64,000 bases of DNA from Bacillota bacterium (GCA_023392615.1 JAEVYT010000011.1:25335-89334), one strand, 5' to 3'; counted from the first letter of the stretch, positions 19,523-30,235 are shown. The notes: generated by a model from the sequence alone, not told the origin. Made by a program: numbers and translations.

Positions 19523-20245
19523 TTAGTCCTGAAGAACAACCGGATTAATGCTCATATGTTCTACAGAAATTCCTGTCTGAGCTTTTACTACATCTTCGAT
19601 GATAGCTGTCTGCTGTTTTGTTAAGGATGCAGCATTAACCGCAACATCAACTTTACCATTATTAATAAATACAATAGCATTATTAAAACCTTTTGCTCCT
19701 AACAACATCTCTGCTGCACTCTCTTTGTCTGCATTAGAGATCAGTTGTAACATTCCGTTTGTAGCTGCTTTTTTGTCTGCTGCAGAAGCTTTCGTGCTAT
19801 TGATGATATCCATATAGTCAGCTTTATTCTTTGCTCTAACTTGTTCTCTCTGTAACTTCACATTATTGAAATAACTAGCATCCGCAGTATTTGCAAGCAC
19901 TGCTTCGCCCGGTGTTCCATCCTTAAGATCTAACTCACCATTATCCGATACATCCTGTGAACCCTTACTGCCTAATTCATCATTTCCTTTATTGGTATTC
20001 GTGTCTGTATTCGTGTTAGTGTCAGTATTGGTATTGGTACCTGCTGGAGTCACTGTGACATCCGTATTCGTTGCTAAATCTTTTCCACCTTTGTCATTAT
20101 TAAGGGCATGATTATTACTAGTTGTTACTGATCCATTATCACCCTTTGATGCGTCTCTTGTAGTAAAGCTTAAGTACCCTGCAATTACAATCATTATCGC
20201 TAATGCTGTAATTATGATACTATTCTTTTTGAATATATTCTTCAT
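19523..20245 (-). CDS. spoIIIAH: Stage III sporulation protein AH
   Basis: N-terminal TM, YF...KLQREQ.R; last gene of the spoIIIA operon. Confidence 0.9.
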   Translation of the reverse strand: MKNIFKKNSIIITALAIMIVIAGYLSFTTRDASKGDNGSVTTSNNHALNNDKGGKDLATNTDVTVTPAGTNTNTDTNTNTDTNTNKGNDELGSKGSQDVSDNGELDLKDGTPGEAVLANTADASYFNNVKLQREQVRAKNKADYMDIINSTKASAADKKAATNGMLQLISNADKESAAEMLLGAKGFNNAIVFINNGKVDVAVNAASLTKQQTAIIEDVVKAQTGISVEHMSINPVVLQD

Positions 20246-20264
20246 TCTATACCTCCTAAATTAT

Positions 20265-20873
20265 TTAATGGGCATTTCCCATCTTCATTACTTTAATTTT
20301 ATTCGCAGGTACATTAAATAATGCTTCGGCTGCATCCATTATCTCCATTTTTACATTACCATCGTTTCCACCTTCTGCAATTACAACGATACCCTCAACT
20401 TGGGGTTCAATCTTCTGTACTATGTAAGGTACTGAATTTCCATTCCCGTCGTTAACCAGTACTGTGCTGTCGTCTTGTTTTACACTATTATTTGTTCTGC
20501 TTCCACCCTCCCCGTCAACTTCGTTCAAGCTTTCCTGTGTAGAAGGAGTATTCTTTAACGGAACCTGTTCTTCTGAGGATTTCAAAGTAATCATCACCTC
20601 AACCTGACCGATACCGGATACCTTTTTTAGAATACTCTCAAGCTTATTTTCCATTTCTGTTATATAGGTATTCGAATCATAGCTTGTCGTATTCTTATCT
20701 TTTTGTTGTATCGCGGTTTTATTCGTTGTCTGCGTTGTATTATTACTTTTAAGTGGTTTGTTAGAGCTGAAGATGCCAGGAAACGATAATAAAATGATTA
20801 AAATCCCTGCTATAAAAATCATGATTAATTTTGGTAGGCCTATTTCCTTCAGGGAAATTTTCTTTTTTTCCAT
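20265..20873 (-). CDS. spoIIIAG: Stage III sporulation protein AG
   Basis: LKKVSGIGQVEVMIT, PQVEGIVVIAEG, KIKVMKM. Confidence 0.92.
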   Translation of the reverse strand: MEKKKISLKEIGLPKLIMIFIAGILIILLSFPGIFSSNKPLKSNNTTQTTNKTAIQQKDKNTTSYDSNTYITEMENKLESILKKVSGIGQVEVMITLKSSEEQVPLKNTPSTQESLNEVDGEGGSRTNNSVKQDDSTVLVNDGNGNSVPYIVQKIEPQVEGIVVIAEGGNDGNVKMEIMDAAEALFNVPANKIKVMKMGNAH

Positions 20874-20874
20874 G

Positions 20875-21498
20875 TTATCCTCCCTGTATACTAATATTTA
20901 TATTACCTTGTTCAATATTATAGAAGTCAGAGAGTTTATTTTTTATACTTATTTCAAGGGGTGTCGGCAACTCTGACTCTTTTTGTTTTTCATCTTTATT
21001 GATGCTTATCTGACCGATATCCACCTTATCAATATTTAGGTTTTCTCCTGATGCTTGGCTACTATCCTCCGTGGTTGCTTTAATGTTCATTTTCAATATT
21101 TGTCCATATGTCGTGCTGTCTGTTTTTGAATCAATCTGTACATCCATACTCTTTAGGTATACATTATTCTGTAGCAGAAGTTCCTTTACTTGCTTTTTAA
21201 TTTGACCCTTGTATTCTGAATAGATTTTATCGTTTTGATCCTCCTCCACCTGCGACAGTTTATTCTTAAAATCACTTGTATCCATCGTAAAGGTATTGGA
21301 TTCCAGAAAATAATCTAGATTTTCCTGCAACTTAAATACTTTTATCAAGGGTGATACCACAATAAGAACTAATATCATTCCCGAAGCAATACTCACGTAC
21401 TTCTTATAGCTTTTGTTACCTAGGAGATTCATGATAATTGTATTAATCATCATAAACACCACGATATTTCTAATCCAAGAATATATCTCCGCTTCCAT
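20875..21498 (-). CDS. spoIIIAF: Stage III sporulation protein AF
   Basis: Two N-terminal TMs, YKKYV..GMILVL; synteny. Confidence 0.9.
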   Translation of the reverse strand: MEAEIYSWIRNIVVFMMINTIIMNLLGNKSYKKYVSIASGMILVLIVVSPLIKVFKLQENLDYFLESNTFTMDTSDFKNKLSQVEEDQNDKIYSEYKGQIKKQVKELLLQNNVYLKSMDVQIDSKTDSTTYGQILKMNIKATTEDSSQASGENLNIDKVDIGQISINKDEKQKESELPTPLEISIKNKLSDFYNIEQGNINISIQGG

Positions 21499-21510
21499 TC
21501 GTTCCTCCTT

Positions 21511-22677
21511 TTATCGATAAGAGGTCGTTACCGCTACTATTGTGATTGAAAGTATAAATAGCACCGCCCCCACGAATACGGTTTGCAATAACATGGAAGC
21601 TGATTTAGCCGCCGCACTGATGCATTCAATAAAACGTTTGTCTGAAATCGGCTGTAACGCAGCACTGCCCACTTTGTATACAACACTGATCATCAATAAT
21701 TTGATAAATGGAACCGTACAGATTGTGATTAGAACAATCAGACCTGCTACGCCGATTGAATTCTTTAGCAACACCCCAGCCCCCAACACTGTTTCTGTCA
21801 CACCTCCAATTGCCCCTCCGACACCGGGAAGTGCAGAGGATGCCTTTAGCAAAACAGACCGTTTTACTTGGTCTGCAACAGGAACAATCAGACCCTGAAT
21901 CACATTAAATCCAACTACAGCTGCCAGCATGCTTTTTAACATCCAGTTCACTGCGGTAGAAAATAATCCAGCTAACTTCGACAGCGTGTCCTCCTTTGAC
22001 ATATTATTTACAAGCATAATGATTAAATAGAAATTAATCATCGGAATAATTACCCTAAGAATCAAAAAATCAACTACAGTAATTAGTCCCAATGCTGCCT
22101 GATAATAAACCAAGGAAGTGGTAGGTCCTGTGCAAAACGCAACCGACATAAGGTAGGTTGGTACCAGTGCTTTCATAAAATCTAAAATTGTACCAATCGT
22201 AGCCGCAGCGATACCGGAGGCTAAAATAAATGAACTGATTAGTACACCAAACAACAATAAATATGTTATGTAATAGCCTGTTTCAGAGACCTGATTATTT
22301 TTAAAAGCCATTGATAAATTTGTAAATAACGCTGCGATAAGCGCAATGGTGGTTAAACTGATAAAGGTTCCGATATTGGCTTGTATTTCCCCTTTTATTG
22401 ACTTGACGAGCTGCCCCATAATATCCTTTAGGGAAAAAGGTTCTTGTCCACTCATCAGGCGGTTTATGTAATCATTAAAGTTAAACTTATTTCCTCCATC
22501 CATTACATTATCTATGACATTTTGGATCTCAGAATAATCATATTTTTGATTCAAATCCGATGTTTCACTTGCCATCGCTTTTGCTTGTCCCACCAATGGC
22601 ATAAAAATCATTGTTACTGTCAAAAGGATGATTCTACTCAATACTATCCTTCCCTTACTGTTCAATAGGATTTTCAT
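21511..22677 (-). CDS. spoIIIAE: Stage III sporulation protein AE
   Basis: Polytopic membrane protein, PGVGG, LLKNSIG, QPISD. Confidence 0.92.
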   Translation of the reverse strand: MKILLNSKGRIVLSRIILLTVTMIFMPLVGQAKAMASETSDLNQKYDYSEIQNVIDNVMDGGNKFNFNDYINRLMSGQEPFSLKDIMGQLVKSIKGEIQANIGTFISLTTIALIAALFTNLSMAFKNNQVSETGYYITYLLLFGVLISSFILASGIAAATIGTILDFMKALVPTYLMSVAFCTGPTTSLVYYQAALGLITVVDFLILRVIIPMINFYLIIMLVNNMSKEDTLSKLAGLFSTAVNWMLKSMLAAVVGFNVIQGLIVPVADQVKRSVLLKASSALPGVGGAIGGVTETVLGAGVLLKNSIGVAGLIVLITICTVPFIKLLMISVVYKVGSAALQPISDKRFIECISAAAKSASMLLQTVFVGAVLFILSITIVAVTTSYR

Positions 22678-22680
22678 TTG

Positions 22681-23088
22681 CTATGCCCCCAAAAACCGGT
22701 TGATTGTTTCTAGTATAGAGAGGATTATCGGCATGCTAATTGCAAGTATCGTTAGCTTTCCCACTATTTCTATTTGATCCGAGATTGCATGATAACCAGA
22801 ATCCTTACAAAGTGATGACGATATCTCCGTTATATAGGTAATACCGATGATCTTTATCAATATACCAATGTACGATTTATTTAAATTTATGTATCCCTGC
22901 AACTGATTAATTGCATTTAGTATCACTTGGAGCTTACTAATCCCCCACAATATGATTAATAAGCAAGCTGCCAAACTAATATAAAGAGAGATCTCTTCCT
23001 TTTTTTTCTTAAATAAAATTGCCAACATCACTGTCAATATACCTACCGCTGATATTTGCAACATCGTTCTTATATCACCATTTTGCAA
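22681..23088 (-). CDS. spoIIIAD: Stage III sporulation protein AD
   Basis: KIIGITYITE..LCKDSG..AI..QIE..GKL; start TTG 23088 or ATG 23064. Confidence 0.9.
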   Translation of the reverse strand: MQNGDIRTMLQISAVGILTVMLAILFKKKKEEISLYISLAACLLIILWGISKLQVILNAINQLQGYINLNKSYIGILIKIIGITYITEISSSLCKDSGYHAISDQIEIVGKLTILAISMPIILSILETINRFLGA

Positions 23089-23201
23089 CGTACCGACCTC
23101 CCTGCACCATAACAATATACGTTTTCCCTTTGTATTCTTTTTGAACCAAGAAATTCGCAGGCATAAACTTAAATGTTAATGATGCGTTTCTATAATTCAC
23201 T

Positions 23202-23399
23202 TTATACCACATCGAATAATTTCTGTATCGATACAAACAATTGAGTGATATACGGCAATATCCAAAACAATACCAGTATCAATCCTGCTAGACTAGAAAG
23301 GAACGCCAGCTCATCCCTTCCAGACTGCTTCAAGATTGAATTCAATATAGTTACAACAATCCCCACTAATGCTATCTTTAATATAAAAGTAAAATCCAT
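23202..23399 (-). CDS. spoIIIAC: Stage III sporulation protein AC
   Basis: ILKIALVGI..ILKQSGRDE..LAGLILVL. Confidence 0.92.
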   Translation of the reverse strand: MDFTFILKIALVGIVVTILNSILKQSGRDELAFLSSLAGLILVLFWILPYITQLFVSIQKLFDVV

Positions 23400-23475
23400 A
23401 GTTACCCTCCATCGCATATATTACACATCCTGCCCTTTTTACAGGATTCAACTTACATTGCATTCGTACTTTTCT

Positions 23476-24000
23476 TTAGATCATTACGATTACGATAAAT
23501 ACCCCAGCCATAATTCCTAAGGTATTATATAAATACGATTTTTCCTTCAGCGTCTTTGTGTTTTCATTAATTTCCTCTTCCAACTGTGACAGATACAAAT
23601 CAATAACATTCATCTGCATCTCCTTATCAAGGTATCCGAGATTTTCACCGAATTGTATTAGATGTAACTTGTCCTTCTTCGAGAGTGATGTATCCAGTAA
23701 TTCCTTATTAACCGCATCCTTCCATACATCTGCAAAGGTTTGTCCCGAAAGTTCATGCAGCTTTTCACTCACACTATTTAGGAATTGATTGAATATCCCT
23801 TTATGTCTTCTGGTTATCGAACTGATAGCTTCTGGCAAAGGTGTGCTTGCGTAACGTATGTCCCCTCTTAACAGGCTGATCAATTTCCTTAACTCCTTAA
23901 GATTTTCCAACCTACATCTCATCTCATTGGCAAAGAAAAACCCCATCCCGGAAGATGATCCTATCACCATGATGCACCCAATTATTTTCATAAAAAACAT
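23476..24000 (-). CDS. spoIIIAB: Stage III sporulation protein AB
   Basis: LRGDIRY..TPLPEA, GENLGYLD; ATG at 24000 after GGAGG. Confidence 0.92.
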   Translation of the reverse strand: MFFMKIIGCIMVIGSSSGMGFFFANEMRCRLENLKELRKLISLLRGDIRYASTPLPEAISSITRRHKGIFNQFLNSVSEKLHELSGQTFADVWKDAVNKELLDTSLSKKDKLHLIQFGENLGYLDKEMQMNVIDLYLSQLEEEINENTKTLKEKSYLYNTLGIMAGVFIVIVMI

Positions 24001-24028
24001 ATAAGTTTGTCCTCCTTTCAACTTTTGC

Positions 24029-24991
24029 TTATTCATCAGAACGAAACAGTAGTTTTCCTTCCGAATCATAAATCTCATCCAAGTGTCCTATTTCTGTGCG
24101 ATTACTGAGTATAATGTATCGTTCAAACAACTCCTTTTTCACTAAGTCTCCAAGTGTCGGCTTATTGCGTATATCTTCTATAGAACTGCCGTGAACGGTT
24201 GCAATTATCTTGCAGCCGCAACCAATCACATAATCGATAGCGTCTAAATCCTCTCTAGAGCCAATCTCGTCCACTGCAATAATCTGAGGCGACATAGACC
24301 TTATTAGCATCATCATTCCCTTCGCTTTCGGACAGCAATCCAAAATATCCGTACGTATACCAAGTTCATTCTGGGGTGTTCCCATATAGCATGCACCAAT
24401 TTCAGATCGTTCATCCACCACTCCAATACTCATACCCGGCACATACTCACATCCGTTGGAAAGCTGTCTGATAATATCCCTTAATAATGTAGTCTTACCA
24501 CATCGAGGCGGAGAAATAATCAACGTATGAAAAATCTCTCCTCTCTGCTTGTCTATCAGATAAGGCAAAACCCGATTCGCGCAACCCTTAACCTGGTGTG
24601 CCAAACGTATATTGATAAACGAGATATGTTTAATTCCTTTGATATTGTCGTCTTCAATAATTGTCTTACCTGTAATTCCAATTCGATGTCCTCCATTTAT
24701 TGTAATAAACCCTTGCTTAATCTCATCCTCAAAGGCATATAGGGAATAATTACTGATATATTCCATCGTTTCACGAATTTCATTTTTCGTTATATGGATT
24801 GCCTTATTGGGAGTATCCACTAATTTAGAGTCCTCTGTTACAAAAGTCTCCTTATTTGCATAAATCATAATGAGCGGGGCATTCATCCGTAATCTAATTT
24901 CCTGCAACTTATCAAATTCAATATTTAGTTTTCCCAGTATTGTCCTAAGCTTTAGTGAGAATATCTTAAGTAGCTCGTCTTTTGTATTCAT
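24029..24991 (-). CDS. spoIIIAA: Stage III sporulation ATPase AA
   Basis: GGHRIG, SPPRCGKTTLLRD, DERSEI, RSMSP..DEIG. Confidence 0.95.
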   Translation of the reverse strand: MNTKDELLKIFSLKLRTILGKLNIEFDKLQEIRLRMNAPLIMIYANKETFVTEDSKLVDTPNKAIHITKNEIRETMEYISNYSLYAFEDEIKQGFITINGGHRIGITGKTIIEDDNIKGIKHISFINIRLAHQVKGCANRVLPYLIDKQRGEIFHTLIISPPRCGKTTLLRDIIRQLSNGCEYVPGMSIGVVDERSEIGACYMGTPQNELGIRTDILDCCPKAKGMMMLIRSMSPQIIAVDEIGSREDLDAIDYVIGCGCKIIATVHGSSIEDIRNKPTLGDLVKKELFERYIILSNRTEIGHLDEIYDSEGKLLFRSDE

Positions 24992-25196
24992 ACAGACTTC
25001 CCTCCCCTTTGACCATAGAATAGCTTATCCTATTTCTGTTAGAACAATATATTCCCTGAATAAGAAAATATTCCGATAACAGAAAAGAAATAAATTGCAA
25101 AATGATTCGCCTTATATTATTCTGTTTAATAAGATAAAGCAGGAAAGTATCAGTTGGAGATGCTCCTGTATTATAACGAACAAGGATGGTGCAAAG

Positions 25197-25973
25197 ATGA
25201 GATACGGTCTAATAGGAGAAAAATTAGGACACAGCTATTCAAAGATTATTCATGAAAAGCTGGCAGATTATACATATGATTTAATACCACTAACTAGAGA
25301 AGAATTTGTTCCGTTCATGGAGAAGAAGGATTTCACAGCAATTAATGTTACCATTCCCTACAAACAGGCGGTTATACCATATTTGGATGAGCTTCACCCG
25401 CTTGCGAAAGAAATCGGTGCCGTGAATACCATCGTCAACAAGAATGGACATTACATTGGCTACAATACTGACTTTTACGGATTTCGATACATGTTGATTC
25501 ATAATCAGATTGATGTGTCCGGTAAAAAATGCTTAATCCTAGGCACAGGCGGAACCTCCCATACCGTTCAATCGGTATTAAAACATCTTGGTGCCAGCGA
25601 GATTTTCATCGTTAGCCGTTCGGATAAAAATGATACTATTATATCCTACGAGCGTTGTTATAAAGAGCATTCGGATGCAAAAATTATAATCAATACCACT
25701 CCGGTCGGAATGTACCCAAATATGGATGCATCCCCCCTGGATCTAACCACTTTTACCCTGTGTGAAGGTGTTGTAGATGCAATTTTTAATCCGTTAGATA
25801 CCAAACTCACGCTACAGGCGAAAGAGCTGAATATAAAGGGAGTTACCGGGTTGGAGATGTTAGTTGCACAGGCAAAGCAGGCTATCGAATATTTCCTAGA
25901 CAAAGAACTAGATGATGAGTTAATTGAACAGACCTATCAAGAATTACTTGAGATTATTCAGCAAAAAAAATAG
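25197..25973 (+). CDS. aroE: Shikimate dehydrogenase
   Basis: LGHSYS..IH, NVTIPYK, GAVNT, GYNTD, NTTPVGM, MLVAQA. Confidence 0.93.
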   Translation: MRYGLIGEKLGHSYSKIIHEKLADYTYDLIPLTREEFVPFMEKKDFTAINVTIPYKQAVIPYLDELHPLAKEIGAVNTIVNKNGHYIGYNTDFYGFRYMLIHNQIDVSGKKCLILGTGGTSHTVQSVLKHLGASEIFIVSRSDKNDTIISYERCYKEHSDAKIIINTTPVGMYPNMDASPLDLTTFTLCEGVVDAIFNPLDTKLTLQAKELNIKGVTGLEMLVAQAKQAIEYFLDKELDDELIEQTYQELLEIIQQKK

Positions 25974-26011
25974 AAATAGTAAACGCCCCCCCTTTATAAC
26001 CATATATTTGA

Positions 26012-26156
26012 ACAGGTAAATTCACCGTGCTAATCCATTTAACTTTCAATTATAACTTTCTGGTAATAAATGCTTTCAATTTATTTCTTGAAAAGCATTT
26101 ATTACCGAGAAACTATAAAATCAATTAAACAGAATAATTTTGGTTAATTTACCTGT
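26012..26156. repeat. 145-bp imperfect palindrome (MITE/REP-like)
   Basis: Ends acaggtaaatt/aatttacctgt; inner arms ggtaataaatgcttt/aaagcatttattacc. Confidence 0.75.
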
Positions 26157-26232
26157 ACTGTAGTTATTGACTATAATTACAAAAATGTTGATATTTTTAC
26201 ATGTTATGCATATAATTTAGGAATTTTAATTA

Positions 26233-26643
26233 CTATTTCTGTAACTTCAAAATATCTTTCAATTGCTCTGTGTAGCGGATCGGAATTGAATATCCTGTAT
26301 AATCATTCCCGCTGTGCATGTACATCCCCTGAGTGCTGTTTGCATCAACCCACAAGTATAAAATAATAACTCTTTTATTCTTTCGTTGTACATGTAATAC
26401 GTAATTAGGTTCCGAAACATCAAGTATTCCCCGTATTCTTCTCGATTCTCTGACCATTCTTGAAAATACTTTTAATGTCTTTTCATCATGAAACGAAATC
26501 ATAGACTTGCCTTCAACGCTATTAAATCCGTTTGCCTTGAAAACATCAACGCGTTGATAGTCATCAGAATTATTATAGAATGCTACATAACAAACTATCA
26601 TCACAATAAAAACAACAATCATTAAAACATACCTTCGCTTCAC
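26233..26643 (-). CDS. Hypothetical membrane-anchored/secreted protein
   Basis: GTG start with GGAGG; N-terminal hydrophobic helix. Confidence 0.75.
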   Translation of the reverse strand: MKRRYVLMIVVFIVMIVCYVAFYNNSDDYQRVDVFKANGFNSVEGKSMISFHDEKTLKVFSRMVRESRRIRGILDVSEPNYVLHVQRKNKRVIILYLWVDANSTQGMYMHSGNDYTGYSIPIRYTEQLKDILKLQK

Positions 26644-26990
26644 TATATCCCTCCCTAACCAAAACCATCATTACTTGTCCTAAACATAACATCCATATTC
26701 TACCTAAATTGATTATAGTACTTACCCCCATATTTTTCTAGGACAAATTGAAACATTGTATTCTATCGCTTTATTTTCATTGCCCCTCGCAAGCACATAA
26801 AAAACGCGTAATCCATAAGATAAACTCTTGAACTACGCGTTAATAATGATTTAGTAAATTTCTATTACAAATATATTATTTATTGATGATTTATGTGATA
26901 TGAGCAGAGCATAAATCTTGTCTGCTCTATTGTATATTTCATTTGGTTTATATATAAAAAATGTGAAATAAATCTACTCAATAGATCATA

Positions 26991-27230
26991 TTATTTTTTC
27001 TTTAAAATAACAATACAAGCTATAGTAAAAGTAAGGATAACAATTCCCGTTACCACATATAACAGAATATTACGTCCTGATTCAGCTACTACTATTCTAG
27101 TTGGTCCATCAGCCCTCCCTATGATTCCTAATGAATATCCCTTTGATGATTTATTAACGATACATAAAATTATACTTAATACACTTACCATTCCTAAAAT
27201 TAATAGTTTTATAATATATCTTCTTTTCAT
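26991..27230 (-). CDS. Small 2-TM protein with OadB-like GIIGxADGPT motif
   Basis: SLGIIGRADGPT between two hydrophobic helices. Confidence 0.7.
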   Translation of the reverse strand: MKRRYIIKLLILGMVSVLSIILCIVNKSSKGYSLGIIGRADGPTRIVVAESGRNILLYVVTGIVILTFTIACIVILKKK

Positions 27231-27391
27231 AATCCCTCACATTTTTCTATTATAAGAACTTACAACAATTTACTTGACGCTTGTATACAAGGACGAACTA
27301 CTTTCTTAATACATAGAACATTTATCATTATTTTGCTATATAAATATTTATTCAATCTAAGTTTATTACCAACTTAGTTTAATTCTCGAAT

Positions 27392-27771
27392 TTAAAAATC
27401 AATTTTGGCATCATCAATAATTTTCTCTTCAAATATGTAATTGCAGCCAGTATAATGACCGATCGTTTTGCGCCAAAAAGATTTTCGCACGAATATTATT
27501 CTCTGTTAAGTGAGTAAAAAGCATCCATTTACCATGATGTTTTCCAAAAACTTCAATTAATGTTGATACGATATAGACTTTCCCCTATACGAACTTAAAA
27601 GAAAAGTCTCATATACAAAATAATCTACTTCTTTCGCGGCATATCTACCGCTTCCTACAAGGCAGAAACCTGCAGGTATATTATCAAGCATTATCAAATA
27701 TTGATATAACAGATCAGGATTTTCAAACCATACTTGCTGAATATTATATTATATTTAGCAATATCATACAA
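27392..27771 (-). pseudogene. Frameshifted, 5'-truncated GNAT acetyltransferase
   Basis: ...PAGFCLV...YFVYETFLLSSYRGKSISYQH*, continuing in another frame as TLIEVFGKHHGKWMLF...NIRAKIFWRKTI...*. Confidence 0.7.
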
Positions 27772-27904
27772 TATCTAAATACAAATCACTACCAATATAT
27801 CATATATATATTTATTGTATACGACTAATTTTGTTAGCTACTTACTCATTACCCACATTGTTTCGGCGATGTTACTCTATTTCACATTATTTATCTAGCA
27901 ACAT

Positions 27905-27952
27905 AAAAAAGCGCAACCTTCAGAAAACCTTGATTTTCCGTAAATTGCGCTT
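27905..27952 (-). terminator. Intrinsic terminator of efp
   Basis: aagcgcaa...ttgcgct stem followed by a T run on the minus strand. Confidence 0.6.
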
Positions 27953-27973
27953 AAATTAATTATTGATATTCGA

Positions 27974-28531
27974 TTATACCCTCTTCATGTATTCGCCGGT
28001 TCTGGTATCGATAGAAATCTTATCGCCCTGCTCTACGAATAATGGAACATAAACAGTTGCACCAGTTTCAACAATTGCAGGTTTAGAAGCACCCTGTGCT
28101 GTATCGCCTTTAAAACCTGGCTCTGTATCTGTAATAATAAGTTCTACAAACAACGGAGGTTCAATAGCAAATACCTGTCCACTGTGGGAAAGCATCTTAA
28201 CCATCTCATTCTCCTTAACAAACTTAAGGGAATCGCCGATTGCTTCTTCGTTCAAAGCAAACTGATCAAATGATTCAACGTTCATGAAGTGGTACAGTTC
28301 ACCATCATTATATAAATATTGCATATCGCTTCTTTCAATATGTGCCTGTGGGTATTTTTCCGTAGGACGGAAAGTCTTTTCAACCACACCACCATTTTTG
28401 ATATTCTTTAATTTCGTTCTAACAAATGCTGCGCCTTTACCAGGTTTAACATGTTGAAATTCTATAATCTGATATACGTTATTATCCATCTCAATTGTCA
28501 AGCCGTTTCTGAAATCGCCTGCTGATACCAT
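27974..28531 (-). CDS. efp: Elongation factor P
   Basis: [29 protein letters not shown]. Confidence 0.97.
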   Translation of the reverse strand: MVSAGDFRNGLTIEMDNNVYQIIEFQHVKPGKGAAFVRTKLKNIKNGGVVEKTFRPTEKYPQAHIERSDMQYLYNDGELYHFMNVESFDQFALNEEAIGDSLKFVKENEMVKMLSHSGQVFAIEPPLFVELIITDTEPGFKGDTAQGASKPAIVETGATVYVPLFVEQGDKISIDTRTGEYMKRV

Positions 28532-28644
28532 ACTAAAAAATCCTCCTTAAATTGACTACTCTTAAGTCTATAATAATCCATGATAATTTGCAACTGTTTT
28601 TTTGTGTAAGCCCAAAAATCTGACTTTAAATAGCAGATGTCTTT

Positions 28645-29712
28645 CTATAATTCAATCAAATTCTTCTCGGAATTCGTAAAGTTCTGACAACCATCTTCTG
28701 TTACAACCACGAGATCTTCTATTCTAACACCTCCAAAGCCCTTAATATATATTCCTGGCTCAACTGTTTCTGTCATGCCTGCTAATATCAAATCTTCTTC
28801 ACTAGGTGACAATCTAGGATTCTCATGAACATGAAGACCAACACTATGACCAAGTCCATGTCCAAAGCATCCTTCATAACCAGCCTTATAGATGATATCT
28901 CTTGCTACCTTGTCTATTTCTTTCCCTTTGTATCCAGCTTTTATGAAGTTTAATGCTGCCATTTGAGCCTCTAATACCGTATTATATACTTCTTTTTGTT
29001 TCTCACTTGCTTTTCCTATTACTATGGTTCTTGTCATATCGGAACAGTATCCTTCATACACACAACCAAAATCCATCGTCAGGAAATCACCTATTTCAAT
29101 TTTCTTCTGTGATGGAACTGCATGTGGCATCGATGAATTTATTCCGGAAGCGACAATTGCCGGAAAGCTGCAAGCCGTACCTCCTTTTACTTTAAGAAGA
29201 TATTCAATCTGCGCTGCAACCTCAAGCTCAGTCATGCCCGGTTTAATAAATGTAAGGATATCACTAAACACTTCATCCCCGATTGCTTCTGCTTTTCTCA
29301 TAAATTCAAGTTCCCGGGACGTTTTTATTCTTCTCAGATTTGTAATCTCATGACCTACAGGGATCATTTCATTTACCACCAATCTATCATGTAAATCATG
29401 ATAGGTACCAAAAAGCATATCCCATGACTCAAAGCCTAACTTATTTACACCATCGGTTTTAAGCAAGTCATTGATTGCTTCTTCATAACCACTGCCTCCG
29501 ATGGTAATCACCTCATAACCTTCCGCTTCTAACTCGGCCTGAATTGTATAACGAAAATCCGTAATAACTGCATGCCTTTTATCCGTGATATATACATATC
29601 CGGTTTCACCTGCAAAACCGCTAATATAACGCATATTATTACCATTTGATATTAAAATTCCATCTAAGGAAAGTTTTTGTAATACATCCTGCACTCTTTT
29701 ATAATTATCCAT
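28645..29712 (-). CDS. Xaa-Pro aminopeptidase (M24B)
   Basis: DFG..GYCSDMTRT, HGLGHSVGL.VHE, VEPGIY, GVRIED. Confidence 0.94.
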   Translation of the reverse strand: MDNYKRVQDVLQKLSLDGILISNGNNMRYISGFAGETGYVYITDKRHAVITDFRYTIQAELEAEGYEVITIGGSGYEEAINDLLKTDGVNKLGFESWDMLFGTYHDLHDRLVVNEMIPVGHEITNLRRIKTSRELEFMRKAEAIGDEVFSDILTFIKPGMTELEVAAQIEYLLKVKGGTACSFPAIVASGINSSMPHAVPSQKKIEIGDFLTMDFGCVYEGYCSDMTRTIVIGKASEKQKEVYNTVLEAQMAALNFIKAGYKGKEIDKVARDIIYKAGYEGCFGHGLGHSVGLHVHENPRLSPSEEDLILAGMTETVEPGIYIKGFGGVRIEDLVVVTEDGCQNFTNSEKNLIEL

Positions 29713-29787
29713 GTTGTCTACCTATCCTTCTCCGTCTTAATTGTATGTATTTATCTTATCCAATCTACTTTCATTTTTATACAGTAT

Positions 29788-30222
29788 CTAAGCGTTCATT
29801 CCAACAATTGCATCAATAGCAAATAGATACCCTTGCAGACCTAGTCCTGCTATCTGTCCATTACAAACCGGCGCCGTAACTGACGTATGACGAAACTCTT
29901 CTCTTTGATGAATGTTAGAGATATGCACCTCTATCTTCGGCGATGTAATGGAGGCTAATGCATCACGAATAGCATAGCTATAATGGGTGTATGCACCGGG
30001 ATTAATTACAATACCATCGACATTATCATGGTAAGCCTTTTGAAGACGGTCTATGATTTCTCCCTCACAGTTACTCTGGAAGGTTTCAATCATAATATTA
30101 TCTTTCTTCGCTTTCTCCTCCAAAAGCCCAAGTAAATAGTCATAATCCTGTGTTCCGTATATTCCTTTTTCTCTTATACCTAAAAAATTCAAATTCGGCC
30201 CATTCAAAACCAAGATTCTCAC
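29788..30222 (-). CDS. aroQ: Type II 3-dehydroquinate dehydratase
   Basis: LNGPNLNFLGIRE, INPGAYTHYS, EVHISNIHQRE. Confidence 0.96.
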   Translation of the reverse strand: MRILVLNGPNLNFLGIREKGIYGTQDYDYLLGLLEEKAKKDNIMIETFQSNCEGEIIDRLQKAYHDNVDGIVINPGAYTHYSYAIRDALASITSPKIEVHISNIHQREEFRHTSVTAPVCNGQIAGLGLQGYLFAIDAIVGMNA

Positions 30223-30235
30223 TGTTCTTCCTCCT

